Assembly: GCA_964016885.1 (NCBI GenBank)
Contig: OZ024750.1
Location: 44,082,001 to 44,146,000 of the forward strand
From: Eledone cirrhosa
Lineage: Eukaryota
Direction: 5' to 3'
Length of the DNA: 64,000 nt
In this document: in pieces, positions 37,977 through 51,995 of the stretch
Layout of the letters: each line of letters begins with the position of its first letter
Position numbering within the stretch: position 1 is the first letter of the stretch
Notes under the pieces: generated by a model
Databases searched by the model: none
The model's input: only the letters and a program-made list of their open reading frames with translations
What the model was told of the DNA's origin: nothing
Translations under genes and position numbers: made by a program

Positions 37977-40900
37977 GTGCCTTTTCTCTTCACCACCAAC
38001 ATGGCTATGCTAAGAGTAGGCTGTTTAAATGCGCGTGGCCTGGGCTCAACTTGGAAGCAAGCAATGCTTCTAAATGACCTCAGGTCACAACGTATAGATG
38101 TGATGGTTATTTGCGAGGCCCGGATCAGCAACGTGCGACAGCTGGCCCCCACCTTTGATGACTTTGAGATGCACGCATCTCTCTGTCAGCCCGGAGGTGG
38201 GGGTGGAGTTGTCGTTCTGCTGCAAAAACATCTGGGTCTCGCAACACAGATGGTACATTTGGACCCGGAGGGTCGACTAGTGGTTCTGGACCTTGGCAGT
38301 GGTAAAGGCGGAGCGTTTAGGTTGGTAGCCGCCTACGGCCCTTTCGGGTCAATGCGGCCGGACTTCTTCCATCGTCTGGAGACTTTTCTGGGGACGTCCC
38401 GCTCCTTGCTATTAGTGGGGGACTGGAATGGTATCCTAGATGCACGCTGGGACTACGTAGGGGCCTGCCCCGATAGAGAGGGGTGTAATAGCCTCAAAGG
38501 GTTAATCGGTCGATTTGACCTGGCCGATAGATATCGACTAGATTTTCCGACTGCGCCAACCTGGACTTGGGCAAATCGTAGCGGATCATCTAGGTCGTAC
38601 CTAGATAGGTTCTTAGTTAGAATTAAGGATAAGGACTTTTTAAGTTGTCCAAAAATGCGCATGGTTGGCTATTCAGACCACAAATTAGTGACCTGCATGG
38701 TCAACCTTGACAGAACTCATAGACAGGGCCCCGGTTACTGGAAGCTCAACTTGTCCTTGCCGGCAAGTAGAGCCTACAGGAATCGGATTAGTACGTTAGT
38801 TAAGGAACGGTTGACTGGAGCGATCGTCAACAGCAGGTGGTGGGTATCTCTAAAGAGAGAGATTAGAGTAGTCTCGATAGAATTTAGTAAGGTTCTAGCT
38901 GCGGATAGGAATAGGAAGGAAAGGGAGCTAATAGATAGAGTAGAAGAGGCAATTAGAAGCGGCGACGTGGCCAGAGCGCTAGCGTCGAGAACGGCTTTGA
39001 GCCAGTTTTTCGACGCGAAGCACGAAGGCTGCGTTGTCCGAAGTAAAATACGTGCTCTAGGGAACGAGGGGACCAAAGCTGTTAGCTGGGCCCGCGTGAC
39101 AGAGGCCAACAGTGGAACTAAATCCACCATCCGGTCTTTGCGAGACCTGGATGGACGGGCGATTCTTGAGCCTAAGCAGATGTGTGAGGCCTTTCAAAGG
39201 CACTTTGCCCGACTGTTCGGGAGGGGCGGGGAGCCGGTTGGGAACGTGGACTTCGGTCCATACCTCGACGGCCTGCCGCGCCTCTCGGACAGGGAGGCGA
39301 AGTCCTGCGAGGAGCCGATTTCGGCCGCTGAGATAGAGGACGTGCTGAGCCAATGCGGCAAACGCAAATCCCCGGGTCTCGATGGTCTTCCTTACGAATT
39401 ATATCTAGCTATGCCGGACTTGTTCCCCGATCTCCTCGAGGCGGTCTACTGCAACTGGCAACAGAATGGGAGAATTCCCTGTACTGTGACCAAGGGCGTA
39501 GTCACGCTAGTGAGGAAGGACGAGAACAAGGGGGACGAAATAAGTAACTTCAGGCCCATAACTCTGCTAAATACAGAGTTACAGATTTTGGCCAAGGTGC
39601 TAGCAAAGAGGTTGGCGCTTGTCGTGGGCAACCTGGTGGGAGATGCGCAGACATGCGCTATCCCGTCCAGGTCCATCCATGACAACCTCCACCTCATGCG
39701 ATACATCATAGAGAGGGTTGGGAACGAACCCGGCTTTGGTGGGGCTCTGATCAACTTGGATCAATCTAAGGCGTTCGATAGGGTCGACCATGGTTACCTG
39801 GATGCGGTGCTAGCGGCGGCAGGCTTCGGACCCGTTTTCAGGGGCTGGATCACTGCTATGCACAGCAGCCGCATCTGCTCTAGGGTCAAGGTGAACGGCT
39901 ACCTCTCGGAGCCGTTCAAAATCGCGCGGTCCATCCGACAGGGGTGCCCTCTCTCCTCCCTTCTGTATGTGTTGACTCTCGAGCCACTACTGCGGAAGTT
40001 GGAGTTGTTGCAGGGCATCCCTTTGGAACCGGGATTGCGGAAAGCGGTGTCGGCCTACGCCGATGACGTGACAGTAATGGTGTCGACGGCCTCCGAAATC
40101 GAGGCGGTCGGCACCTTACTGAAGGAGTACGAAAAGTTCACAGGGGCTAAGCTGAACCGGGACAAGTCGATCGGTTTGCAACTCGGCACGTGGAGGGGCA
40201 GACCGATGCCCTCCGATGGCGTCGTCGGACGCTGGACGGAGGGCCCGGTGAAGTTGCTCGGGGTCTGGTTCGGACCGGACCTCCAGGTGGAGAAAAACTG
40301 GGCGGAGGTTACGAACAGGGTGTTTGCACTGACCAAGAAGTGGGCCAGTTGCAAACTATCCCTGAAAGGTCGGGCGGAGGTGGCGAACACCTACATAGCG
40401 TCCGTCATCTACTACCGCCTGACCGTAGTGCCCTGCCCAAGGGAAACCCTCACCAAGATGGAGCGCGCGCTCTTCCAATTCCTTTGGAAGAGGCGGGCTC
40501 CTATGGTGAGGAGATCCATCTGCTGTCAACACCCTTCGAAAGGAGGGCTGGGGATGCCGTGGCTAATGATGCGTAAACACGCATTAAGGCTACGGCACCT
40601 CTACGTATTCCTCACCGGACAACCGGTGTGGGCCTCGTTTGTGAGGCGAACCTTTCCCAGACTCGTCTCACTCACCGAGCTGCAATCCTGGGTCAAGCAA
40701 AGACCGAGAAAACTGGGCGCCTGGCACACTGAGTGTGCCCAGGCGCTCACCGCCCTCTGGCAGGCGGATCCGGTTATCAGTGGAGACTCCACCGCAACAT
40801 TCTATAGAGGGCTGGTACGCAGCAGGTGCGACGACGCCCTCGGAGAAGCCCTAGACATGGAGGAGGACGAACTGGCCAGCCTGTTCGGTAGGACATTCAG

Positions 40901-41438
40901 CCCGGGACCTATGGACAACTTCCAGAAGTCCCTGGCCTGGCAGTGCTACCGAGGGGCTTTACCCGTTCGAGAAAGGCTCTACAGACACGGGCGCCCGGGT
41001 AGGGACCCCGCCAAAAAGATCTGTCCCAGATGCGTGTGCGACGAGGAAACCGTTGCACACGCATTGGTACACTGCTCGGGCGTAGCCGATCTGTGGGGCT
41101 ATGTCGAACAACTGCTGTCAAGGGTGGAACCGATCCGGTTGACCACCGAGTCTATTGTAATGATCAAGCCGCCTCCCCCCTTCAAAGATGAAGCAGAGGC
41201 GGTGTTTCTGTGCGTAATAGCCATGGCGAAAGAGGTTGTATGGTGGACGCGTCTGAAAGGACTGAGGTCAGGCACCTTTCTCTCTGGCCAACAACTGGTC
41301 CGTTTCTTCCGATATCATTTCGGAAGAAGGATCAGGATGGAGAGAGAGGTGCTGCACCCCAGCCGTTTCTATGAAAGATGGGTGAAAGTGGCGAGAATGG
41401 CCCGTGTGAATGGGCCTTCACTCTACATCAGACTATAG
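37977..41438 (+). CDS. Tx1/L1-clade LINE ORF2, intact (APE endonuclease, RT, CCHC); first ATG at 38001
   Basis: Motifs GCLNARGL, ICEAR, VGDWN, YLDRF, YSDH, YWKLN, KSPGLDG, FRPITLLN, KAFDRV, RQGCPLS, YADD and CPRC..ETVAHALVHC. No stops over 1153 codons. Confidence 0.96.
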   Translation: MPFLFTTNMAMLRVGCLNARGLGSTWKQAMLLNDLRSQRIDVMVICEARISNVRQLAPTFDDFEMHASLCQPGGGGGVVVLLQKHLGLATQMVHLDPEGRLVVLDLGSGKGGAFRLVAAYGPFGSMRPDFFHRLETFLGTSRSLLLVGDWNGILDARWDYVGACPDREGCNSLKGLIGRFDLADRYRLDFPTAPTWTWANRSGSSRSYLDRFLVRIKDKDFLSCPKMRMVGYSDHKLVTCMVNLDRTHRQGPGYWKLNLSLPASRAYRNRISTLVKERLTGAIVNSRWWVSLKREIRVVSIEFSKVLAADRNRKERELIDRVEEAIRSGDVARALASRTALSQFFDAKHEGCVVRSKIRALGNEGTKAVSWARVTEANSGTKSTIRSLRDLDGRAILEPKQMCEAFQRHFARLFGRGGEPVGNVDFGPYLDGLPRLSDREAKSCEEPISAAEIEDVLSQCGKRKSPGLDGLPYELYLAMPDLFPDLLEAVYCNWQQNGRIPCTVTKGVVTLVRKDENKGDEISNFRPITLLNTELQILAKVLAKRLALVVGNLVGDAQTCAIPSRSIHDNLHLMRYIIERVGNEPGFGGALINLDQSKAFDRVDHGYLDAVLAAAGFGPVFRGWITAMHSSRICSRVKVNGYLSEPFKIARSIRQGCPLSSLLYVLTLEPLLRKLELLQGIPLEPGLRKAVSAYADDVTVMVSTASEIEAVGTLLKEYEKFTGAKLNRDKSIGLQLGTWRGRPMPSDGVVGRWTEGPVKLLGVWFGPDLQVEKNWAEVTNRVFALTKKWASCKLSLKGRAEVANTYIASVIYYRLTVVPCPRETLTKMERALFQFLWKRRAPMVRRSICCQHPSKGGLGMPWLMMRKHALRLRHLYVFLTGQPVWASFVRRTFPRLVSLTELQSWVKQRPRKLGAWHTECAQALTALWQADPVISGDSTATFYRGLVRSRCDDALGEALDMEEDELASLFGRTFSPGPMDNFQKSLAWQCYRGALPVRERLYRHGRPGRDPAKKICPRCVCDEETVAHALVHCSGVADLWGYVEQLLSRVEPIRLTTESIVMIKPPPPFKDEAEAVFLCVIAMAKEVVWWTRLKGLRSGTFLSGQQLVRFFRYHFGRRIRMEREVLHPSRFYERWVKVARMARVNGPSLYIRL

Positions 41439-41702
41439 GTGAGGAAGATGAAAGACCAAGGGAGCACCCCTTCTCTGTGCTCCTGAGGAGAAGGGTTGCA
41501 CACTTTTTTCGGGGGTGTGTGCGACCCCCCAAGGCGCCTCCTCTCTATTGAGGATTTTGTTAAAAATTTTATTTTTTGTTATATCTTATTTTATTTTTAT
41601 ATTTTGTTATTGCCTCCTCCTTATTGAGGACGCCTTTTTGTGTAAACTCCCCCCTTTGTACTTGTCCCACTTTTGATGCCCTAGTGGCAAATAAAAGAAA
41701 TA

Positions 41703-41744
<42 letters not shown>

Positions 41745-41745
41745 C
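41439..41745 (+). other. 3' UTR of the Tx1-like element with AATAAA, ending in (TATC)n
   Basis: GGCAAATAAAAGAAA followed by (TATC)n. This parallels the AATAAAGAAA end of the copy at 16296. Confidence 0.75.
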
Positions 41746-42151
41746 CGACCAATCTATTTATCTATATATCTATCAACATTCTTCAATACTATGCTGGATA
41801 TATTTTCTCCCTCCACCTGTTTTTATCTGTCAGTCCTTCTATCTCTCTTAGAAATGTACTCAGATACACAACAGTGAAAATTTGACTGAAGCCGGCTCTG
41901 CTATTTTGCTCACTGTTGGGGGCATTCTGGCAGCTTCAGACGCCATTTTTTTAATGTATCTCATTCACTTTTCAAGTGATTCCAATTTCGTTTCTCTATT
42001 TTTTAAACTGTTTTCAATCTCCTGCAATTTATTTGAGGAAATACATATGCGTTCAGATCAAACACGCAGAAACTGCAGAAACTACAGTAAAGTGAAATGA
42101 GGTTTATTTTTTTTTTTCACAATCCTAAATGAAAATAATTATAATAATAAC

Positions 42152-42211
<60 letters not shown>

Positions 42212-42383
42212 TAAAATATATAAAATTATTGTGCAAAGGAAATCAGAACTGACCAAACTTAAATGTCATTATATTTTTCTTGCTACCGAAAAATCAAAGA
42301 ATAGTATAATTAAATTTATCATTGGCGTATATTTGCTTGTTCCTTTATACTTATTTTGTATATACATACATACATACATACAT

Positions 42384-42447
<64 letters not shown>

Positions 42448-42632
42448 CATACATATATTCATACATACATATATTCATACATACATATATGCATACATAC
42501 ACATACACGAAAACAGACACATACACACACATATATATATATATATAAATATGCGTTTATGTATAATCATGTAATGCATGTTTTTGTATAAGTATGTATG
42601 TATATATATATGTGTGTGTACATAGAAGGATG

Positions 42633-42709
<77 letters not shown>

Positions 42710-43035
42710 GCATATATACATGTGTGTGTGTGTTTCTGCGTGTGTGTTTGTGTGTGTGTGTGTATGTGTGTTGCTGACTGCGATAGGGAACGGAACATTC
42801 TGTTCCTATAGTAAAATAAACGTTTTGCGTCATAGACCTACAGAGTATCAGAAGTTAGAGTGTTTGATGCTGTGTCTGTTTCTTGGTTTAAGAAATGTAA
42901 CAATAATTACATATATATACACATACACATTCATACAGACACATATTTGCATATATATATATATATACATACATACATATTTGCATGTATATATATATAT
43001 ACATACATACATATATATAAATATATATATATATT

Positions 43036-43111
<76 letters not shown>

Positions 43112-43126
43112 TTGTGTGTGTGTGTG

Positions 43127-43221
<95 letters not shown>

Positions 43222-43256
43222 ATATATATATATGTGTATATATATCTATATATATG

Positions 43257-43295
<39 letters not shown>

Positions 43296-43298
43296 ATA

Positions 43299-43387
<89 letters not shown>

Positions 43388-44490
43388 ATAGTTACCAAAT
43401 TTAGCGGAAAAACTGCCTACGGTATTCGCACTAGTTATCTTCTATATTATATATACTTATATATACACACACATACACACATATATACACATAGAAATAT
43501 ATATATATGTGTGTATATATATATATATTATATATAAATATATATATATATATTTGTGTGTGTATATGTGTGTGTAACGAATATGCAAGAGAGAGAGAAA
43601 GAGGGTGAGATATAAAATATATTTTCTGGCACCCTGTTGAGATTGTTTTTTTTATAAACTTGTTGATGCCCTACTGTTGAGAAAATCGACAAAAGTCACT
43701 GCAATAACACCTTCTACTAAATACTACCAAATAGTTATTTCACATAGAGTTCTCAATTTTACTATTAGATAACATTTTACTTTGATCTAACATTCACTCT
43801 GTTTCATTGCTTTTCTTCTTTCCTTTCTATCTCTCTATCTATCTATTTGTCATTTTTTATTTCTGTCGCTCATTTTCTTTTTCATTTAAGATGGCTTCTC
43901 TTTTTCCTCAATATTTAAAATTGTTTCATCCGTGGCAAAGCAATTTCCAAATTGCTTTCGATATATATAACTCGTGGCGTTATCAGGTTAAAAAGAACAA
44001 CAAAATATAGCATTTTTCTCCCTACGTCTTATAAATATATATTTATGTAGTGGTATAAAAAAAATGAGAAAAAAAATTGGAATACCACAGACGTAGTGGG
44101 GGAAAAACACGATGAAAACGAACAAAATTCTCTTTAAATGTTCGTGATATATTTTCTAAGAAGATCATGTGGCAAATCTTGCGATAAAAATGGAAGAGAT
44201 ATTTCACAAATGCATTCCTAAATAGCGATAGTTTCAGATAGGCAATATCAGCTTTGTGTTATGAATGAAGGAAACAATTTGATACATAAAAATGTTATAT
44301 GTATTTATCATATTTATCACATGTAATGACGGACGTTATCATAGCTCTGAGTATAAGAGGTATGGCAAATAATCACGTAAATGCTGGTTAAGTATAATTG
44401 AGGCTGTAGTTTGGATAAAATGTATTCTACCATTTCATATATGTATATACATACACATATTGACCCAAACAAACACACACGCGCGTACAC

Positions 44491-44569
<79 letters not shown>

Positions 44570-44571
44570 AC

Positions 44572-44655
<84 letters not shown>

Positions 44656-44820
44656 CGTTTCTGAATTTGTTTAGCAAGATTCTTTATCTGAAATCGTGTG
44701 TTGAAACCGATATTGTTATTGGCAACATGAGCCTCCCAAAGTATAACAGTATATATATTTATATATATATATATTTATATATATATATATATATATAGAT
44801 ATGTGTATGTGTGTGTGAGT

Positions 44821-44995
44821 CCCGGGTTCAATCGGGCGCAACCACAGTAAGCTTTCCTGATGATTTCCTTCAAAAGAAAGAATTCCAGTCCTGAAGAAGC
44901 CATTTCTACATTAAATTATATGTAGAAGTAGTAACACAACAGTTAGTTCACTATACCGAGAAGAAATATTTCCCCTTTCGGAGCTTCAGCTCGGT
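44821..44995. ncRNA. Two decayed hammerhead-like motifs (+ at about 44852-44900, - at 44955-44995)
   Basis: The first is a worn relative of the 29666 family, with CUGAUGA at 44857. The second reads ACCGAG-CUGAAGC-UCC gaaa GGG-GAAA uauuu CUU-CUCGGU. Confidence 0.45.
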
Positions 44996-45164
44996 CTGAG
45001 TGTTGCTATACGGAAAAGGAAAAACAACCATATCAATACGCATGCGCAGAGACGGTCACTTCTCCCAGGCGATATGATCCCATATATATATGAATTAAAT
45101 ATATGTATGAATTAAAAAGTGGCAAAGGCGAGAGGGAATTGTCCTTGTGTTTACGTTTGTCTCT

Positions 45165-45219
<55 letters not shown>

Positions 45220-45297
45220 AAAAAGGAGAATTAAGAAGTGTGTCTAAGCTTTTAAAAAATGCAATGAGAATACAGCTTACCTATAAATCAACTTATT

Positions 45298-45459
<162 letters not shown>

Positions 45460-45471
45460 AGCATATATATG

Positions 45472-45505
<34 letters not shown>

Positions 45506-45535
45506 TGTGTATATATATGTGAATATATATGTATA

Positions 45536-45592
<57 letters not shown>

Positions 45593-45624
45593 AGAACAAA
45601 AGAGGGCTAAGAGAGTTCCATGTA

Positions 45625-45691
45625 TTTTATTATGCGCATTTCAAAAACAAACATCATCATGCAATAATATTTGTGTTTTCATCAGATAAAA
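45625..45691 (-). ncRNA. Hammerhead ribozyme motif with intact core, in element 45591-45750
   Basis: Minus strand UUUUAU-CUGAUGA-AAACACAAAUA...UGUUUGUUUUU-GAAAU gcgc AUA-AUAAAA. Confidence 0.82.
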
Positions 45692-45747
45692 CAGGAAGAC
45701 ATGATATGAAGGTTAAAAACACTTGTTGATAGTGCAGTTTTAAATCA

Positions 45748-45802
<55 letters not shown>

Positions 45803-46321
45803 CCGTATTCTCTATGTGAGTTATAAGTGTATATCAAACACAAAATACATCATACAAGGCAGTCGAATAATCACACTGAAGTAGCGACACCCGTCCTTTG
45901 AACCTGTTCACACCTGTATTTAATTTTGACTGGTAATATTTAACATATGACTGAATACTAACTGTATTGAATCTTTAAGAATTAAAGATAAAATTGACTT
46001 CGCAGCTTTCTCAACTAAGAACTTAAAGATCCGGAATAAATACAGGACGGCATTTTGTCTGGCTCTATTTTTGCCAGAGATCATTCATAGATACACACAT
46101 TACTATATGTATGTAAACAATATTTACACACACATACACATACACACACACATACATACAAACACACAAACACACACACAAACATACACACACACAAATA
46201 TATATATATAGATAGATTTATATATATATATATAAACACATACATATATCTATATATATATCTCACCCCTCCTCTCTCTCTGCCTCTCTCTCTCTGTCTG
46301 TATATATATATATTTATTTAT

Positions 46322-46359
<38 letters not shown>

Positions 46360-46426
46360 TTATTTATCTATCTATATATCTATCTATATATCTATATATC
46401 TATATCTATATCTATCTATCTATCTA

Positions 46427-46468
<42 letters not shown>

Positions 46469-46640
46469 GTGACAGACAGAGTGATGGCGTTTGATGCAAG
46501 CAGAGTGTGAGTGAGAGAGAAAAAGTGATAGTACCAAAACAAGAAAGTCTAAAAATGACGGCCGAACAATTCAGCCAAGATGTATAAAATAGAGGCTAAA
46601 TGAGAGATTTATAATAATGCTTTCTCTATTTATTTTTTTA

Positions 46641-46672
<32 letters not shown>

Positions 46673-47359
46673 ATTTTTTATTTTATTTTTTTTATTATTA
46701 TTTTTTTATTATTATTATTATTTTATTTTTTGTTTATAATGAAAAGAAAACCGACAAGAAATATTGAATGTAGGAAAGATTGCCTCCGTAAATGGCTTGA
46801 TGATGCTATTTTGAAGAGAAATTTAGTGAAAAGGTAAGTTTATCTGGTCTGATTGCTAAATGATAACGGCCTACCTTATTGAACCTGGTCATATCTATTG
46901 ATTTACTGGTTCTATAGGGAAGAGAACTGAGCAAAGCAGAAGATGAATAAGTTCACTGAGGAAAGGATGAAGGTCTATGTATGTATGTATGTGTTTATGT
47001 GTTTGTATGTATGTATCTGTGTATGTTCGTATGTGTGTATGTATGTATGTTTGTATGTATGTATGTTTGTTTGTATTCAAATATATGCATTATACATATA
47101 TAATATATATATGTAATATATATATAATGGATCATCGAACAAAATCGTGGATATATATATATATATGTATACATATATATATATATGTATACATATATAT
47201 ATATATAAAACATATAATATAAACATATATATATATATATATGTATACATATATATATATATATATAACATATAATATATATATATATGTATACATATAT
47301 ATATAACATATAATATATATATATATGTAATATATTACATATAATATATATATATATTA

Positions 47360-47418
<59 letters not shown>

Positions 47419-48274
47419 CACACACACATATACATATACATATACATACATATATATATATATATATCCACGATATTGTTCGATGATCCACTCTTCCAGG
47501 AAATCAGTACCCTCTCCCTCCCCAATAAGCTATCATTTACTCAATACTCCCAACCAAATTATTTAATTTCCCGCCTTCTTCAGAGAAGAAGTCCAAATCT
47601 CTTTGTTTCTTTGTCGTCTCCAGTCGAAGATTCGCTGACAAATTGAGGAAAGTCAAAGACATCACCGATTCCAGCCATTGATTGATTAGTATTTTGTTTA
47701 TTTTGCTATGAGTTTAACATTATATTTTATAGTGATCAGTTCTTCTTTTCTTTATCAGTCATTTTTTTCTTTGCACTCCGTCTTCTTCTAACTTCCTTCC
47801 TCTTCCTTTTCTTTATTCCTCTCGTCACCCCTCTCTCCCACCACCCCTCTCTCTCTCACTACCCCTCTCTCCCACCACCCTTTTCTCTCTCTCTCTCACC
47901 ACTTCTATTTAACCCAATAAATGGCTACCCTACTCTCCATCTCCTTTCTATGTGTCATAGAAATATTTCTATTATATTATTTCTTCATCATCCTAACCGC
48001 TTTTTTAATGTCTTCTATTAATCAATCCCTATCTTCTAGAATGTTCTTTTCCTTTTAGTTTCCACAATCTACGATCGATCATTCACCTTTAACTTAACAC
48101 AGCGCCCCCTACTGTTATACAATATTTCTCTTTCATATATTTCTCATCTTTCTTTCATATACACAAATAATAAATAGATATACATTACACAAATCTACCT
48201 TTTTCATATAAACTGCAGACCAACAAAAGAGGTCACTTGGTATGCTAAAAATAGCAGCGAAATGTTCTCTAGAG

Positions 48275-48706
48275 CAGGGATATGCATCATATTCTATTGC
48301 CGGGTCACTTTTGAACATTGTAACAACTATTACGGCCATTAATATTTATTAAGCACTATTCCAAAGATTCACCACAACTTCTTTCTTATAACATGGAACT
48401 GGGGAAATTATAACACACATAACCCTATCAGAAACTCTATTTGGGTCATTAATATTTGTTAAGCACTATTCCAAAGATTCACCACAACTTCTTTCTTATA
48501 ACATGGAACTGGGGAAATTATAACACACATAACCCTATCAGTGAAGCCCTTTAGTATAGGTCAACTAAGAGAAAATTGTATTACGGTTACGAAAAAAATT
48601 CTAAATAAGCCTACAAGGTAAAAATTAAATAGGGTCATCGAGGGGCCACTTTGATTGGTCTGATGGGCCAAATTCTGGCCCAGGGGCCGCCTGTTGCACG
48701 CCCCTG
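48275..48706. mobile_element. hAT (Charlie/Buster-like) MITE with an internal 110-bp-period duplication
   Basis: Imperfect TIRs CAGGGATATGCA / TGCACGCCCCTG, 8-bp flanks CTCTAGAG / TTGTAGAG, subterminal GGGCC..GGCCC motifs. 48337-48430 is repeated at 48447-48540. Confidence 0.7.
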
Positions 48707-49504
48707 TTGTAGAGCATATATGATAAAACTTGCTATTCTGAAAAATAAAAAGCTGAACTTTTGCTAACTAAGTTTGGGATCTGCCATGGCTAAAATGCCC
48801 TTGACCATCTGTCAGTTCAGTCAAGACAGACTTGTATCTACAGAAACAAAGCAACCACAATAATACACACTGCAGTCATTTTCAGTTATAGTCAAAATAT
48901 TTAGTCAAAATATTATAGTGAAGCTTCTATTTCTATTTCAAGTCAGATTACTCGCCCTCCATTTTGTATTTATTCCTACTGACACATTAAACTATTTGTT
49001 AATAGTCACATTAAACTACATCATTATAGAAGCATTATTAAGAATTCCTTTTATATTCTTCTTTAATAACACATTAAACCCTTCACTTATAATCACGTTA
49101 TTCATCGTTATAGTGACATTAATTAGACATAGTTTTATATCACTTCTCTTCATTTCCTTCCTCGTCATATTTCTCCTTCCCACAGTTATTATTACATACA
49201 CGTACATATAATAAAATACACTACGCTATACTTAGACAACTTGCAGAAATATACACACAACTAATCACTTGGTTGCTATCATATATTACGCGCATATACA
49301 CACGTACATACGCATATACAGATAAGCGCAAACACATACACACACTCATTCCTTCATCATACACCCTCTCTGGCAGGTACATACATAAGCACTAATATAT
49401 ACATATACATACAATCTCTCTATATATATGCTCAAATATATTTCAATATATATATATATATATATAAAATTCAGGTTAGAGATGAACATATATATATATA
49501 TATG

Positions 49505-49550
<46 letters not shown>

Positions 49551-49584
49551 TATATATGAATGTTTATATATATATATTTATATG

Positions 49585-50499
<915 letters not shown>

Positions 50500-50680
50500 C
50501 TGACTTCTTTCTTCTCCGAAGTAGCCCTATAGAGATAATATTTGCTCACTCTCCGTGAATACGCCAATTAAATGAACTTTTAATAAAACATTGATTTGAT
50601 AGAGGTCAGATATTTTTGGCTGATGCGGTCAGAATATATGTATATATGTGTATCATTAATATATATATATAAATACAGAC

Positions 50681-50875
<195 letters not shown>

Positions 50876-51345
50876 CATATATATACATTCCCCTCTCTAA
50901 CCTCCAGTTCCGCTTCTCTTAATCCAAGTCCGACAAAAATTAATGGACGTAGGAAACCGACAGCACAATATATATAGAATTCTAACGCATGCGCGGGAAA
51001 AGCGGTAATCTGACATCTATACAACGTCCATATTTGTACTGTGGAAGACAAGAGATTTGAGAATAAAAGGTACGGAAAAGACTCAAAGGGAAATAGTATA
51101 AGACATGTATATAGGAGTATGCTGTATATATATATATATATAAGAATGTAAAAAGCATACATATATATTTCTAAAACAAAAACAGCCCCTTCAATATATT
51201 TTCCGTGCTATTTCCAAGTTCTCCTTCTCTCTATAACCAGTTTTGTATAGAACCTTACGTCCCTTTTCATATATATATATACATATATATATATATGTGT
51301 GTGTGTTGCATGAATGACTATGTACATAGTGTGAATGCATACATT

Positions 51346-51405
<60 letters not shown>

Positions 51406-51952
51406 CATATATACATATATATATACATGTATATATATACACACATACACACACATAAAATATATAAAAATTAAGAATTTAAAAAAAATGATAACTCGCA
51501 AAAATCATGTATTATCAAAGATGGAAGCATTTGAAAGATCTAGAGACAAAATGGTTGCCATCAAGTTTCCGGTTAGAAGACGGCTCCAGGAAACAACATA
51601 GCTGGTTTATATTTTTATAGAAGGCCTGTCGTCCGGCTCGTTCAGTTTGGTTTGCTTTTGTCATGTTACTAATAATTATAGAGAAAATGGTGGAGACATA
51701 TATATATACCACATTTATTTGAGATGTAATAGTTATTGAGGCGGTCTGTATATAATTTATTTTATTTTATGTATATTCCGTTTGCTTCTGATTAAATTTC
51801 TCAAACAAATGTGGTATTTCAACCCTCGTAAATTTAGACACACGATTTACTGTGTTTATTACTACATATATTATTGAAATGCTCAGTATTTATACTTTGA
51901 GCTTGTTAATAACAGGGTATCAGTATGAATTATTAACTCTGGCTTTTATTGG

Positions 51953-51995
<43 letters not shown>

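Noticed and set aside
38453-41121. Antisense and alternate-frame ORFs overlapping the LINE ORFs
   Set aside because: Shadows of GC-rich coding sequence with no motifs.
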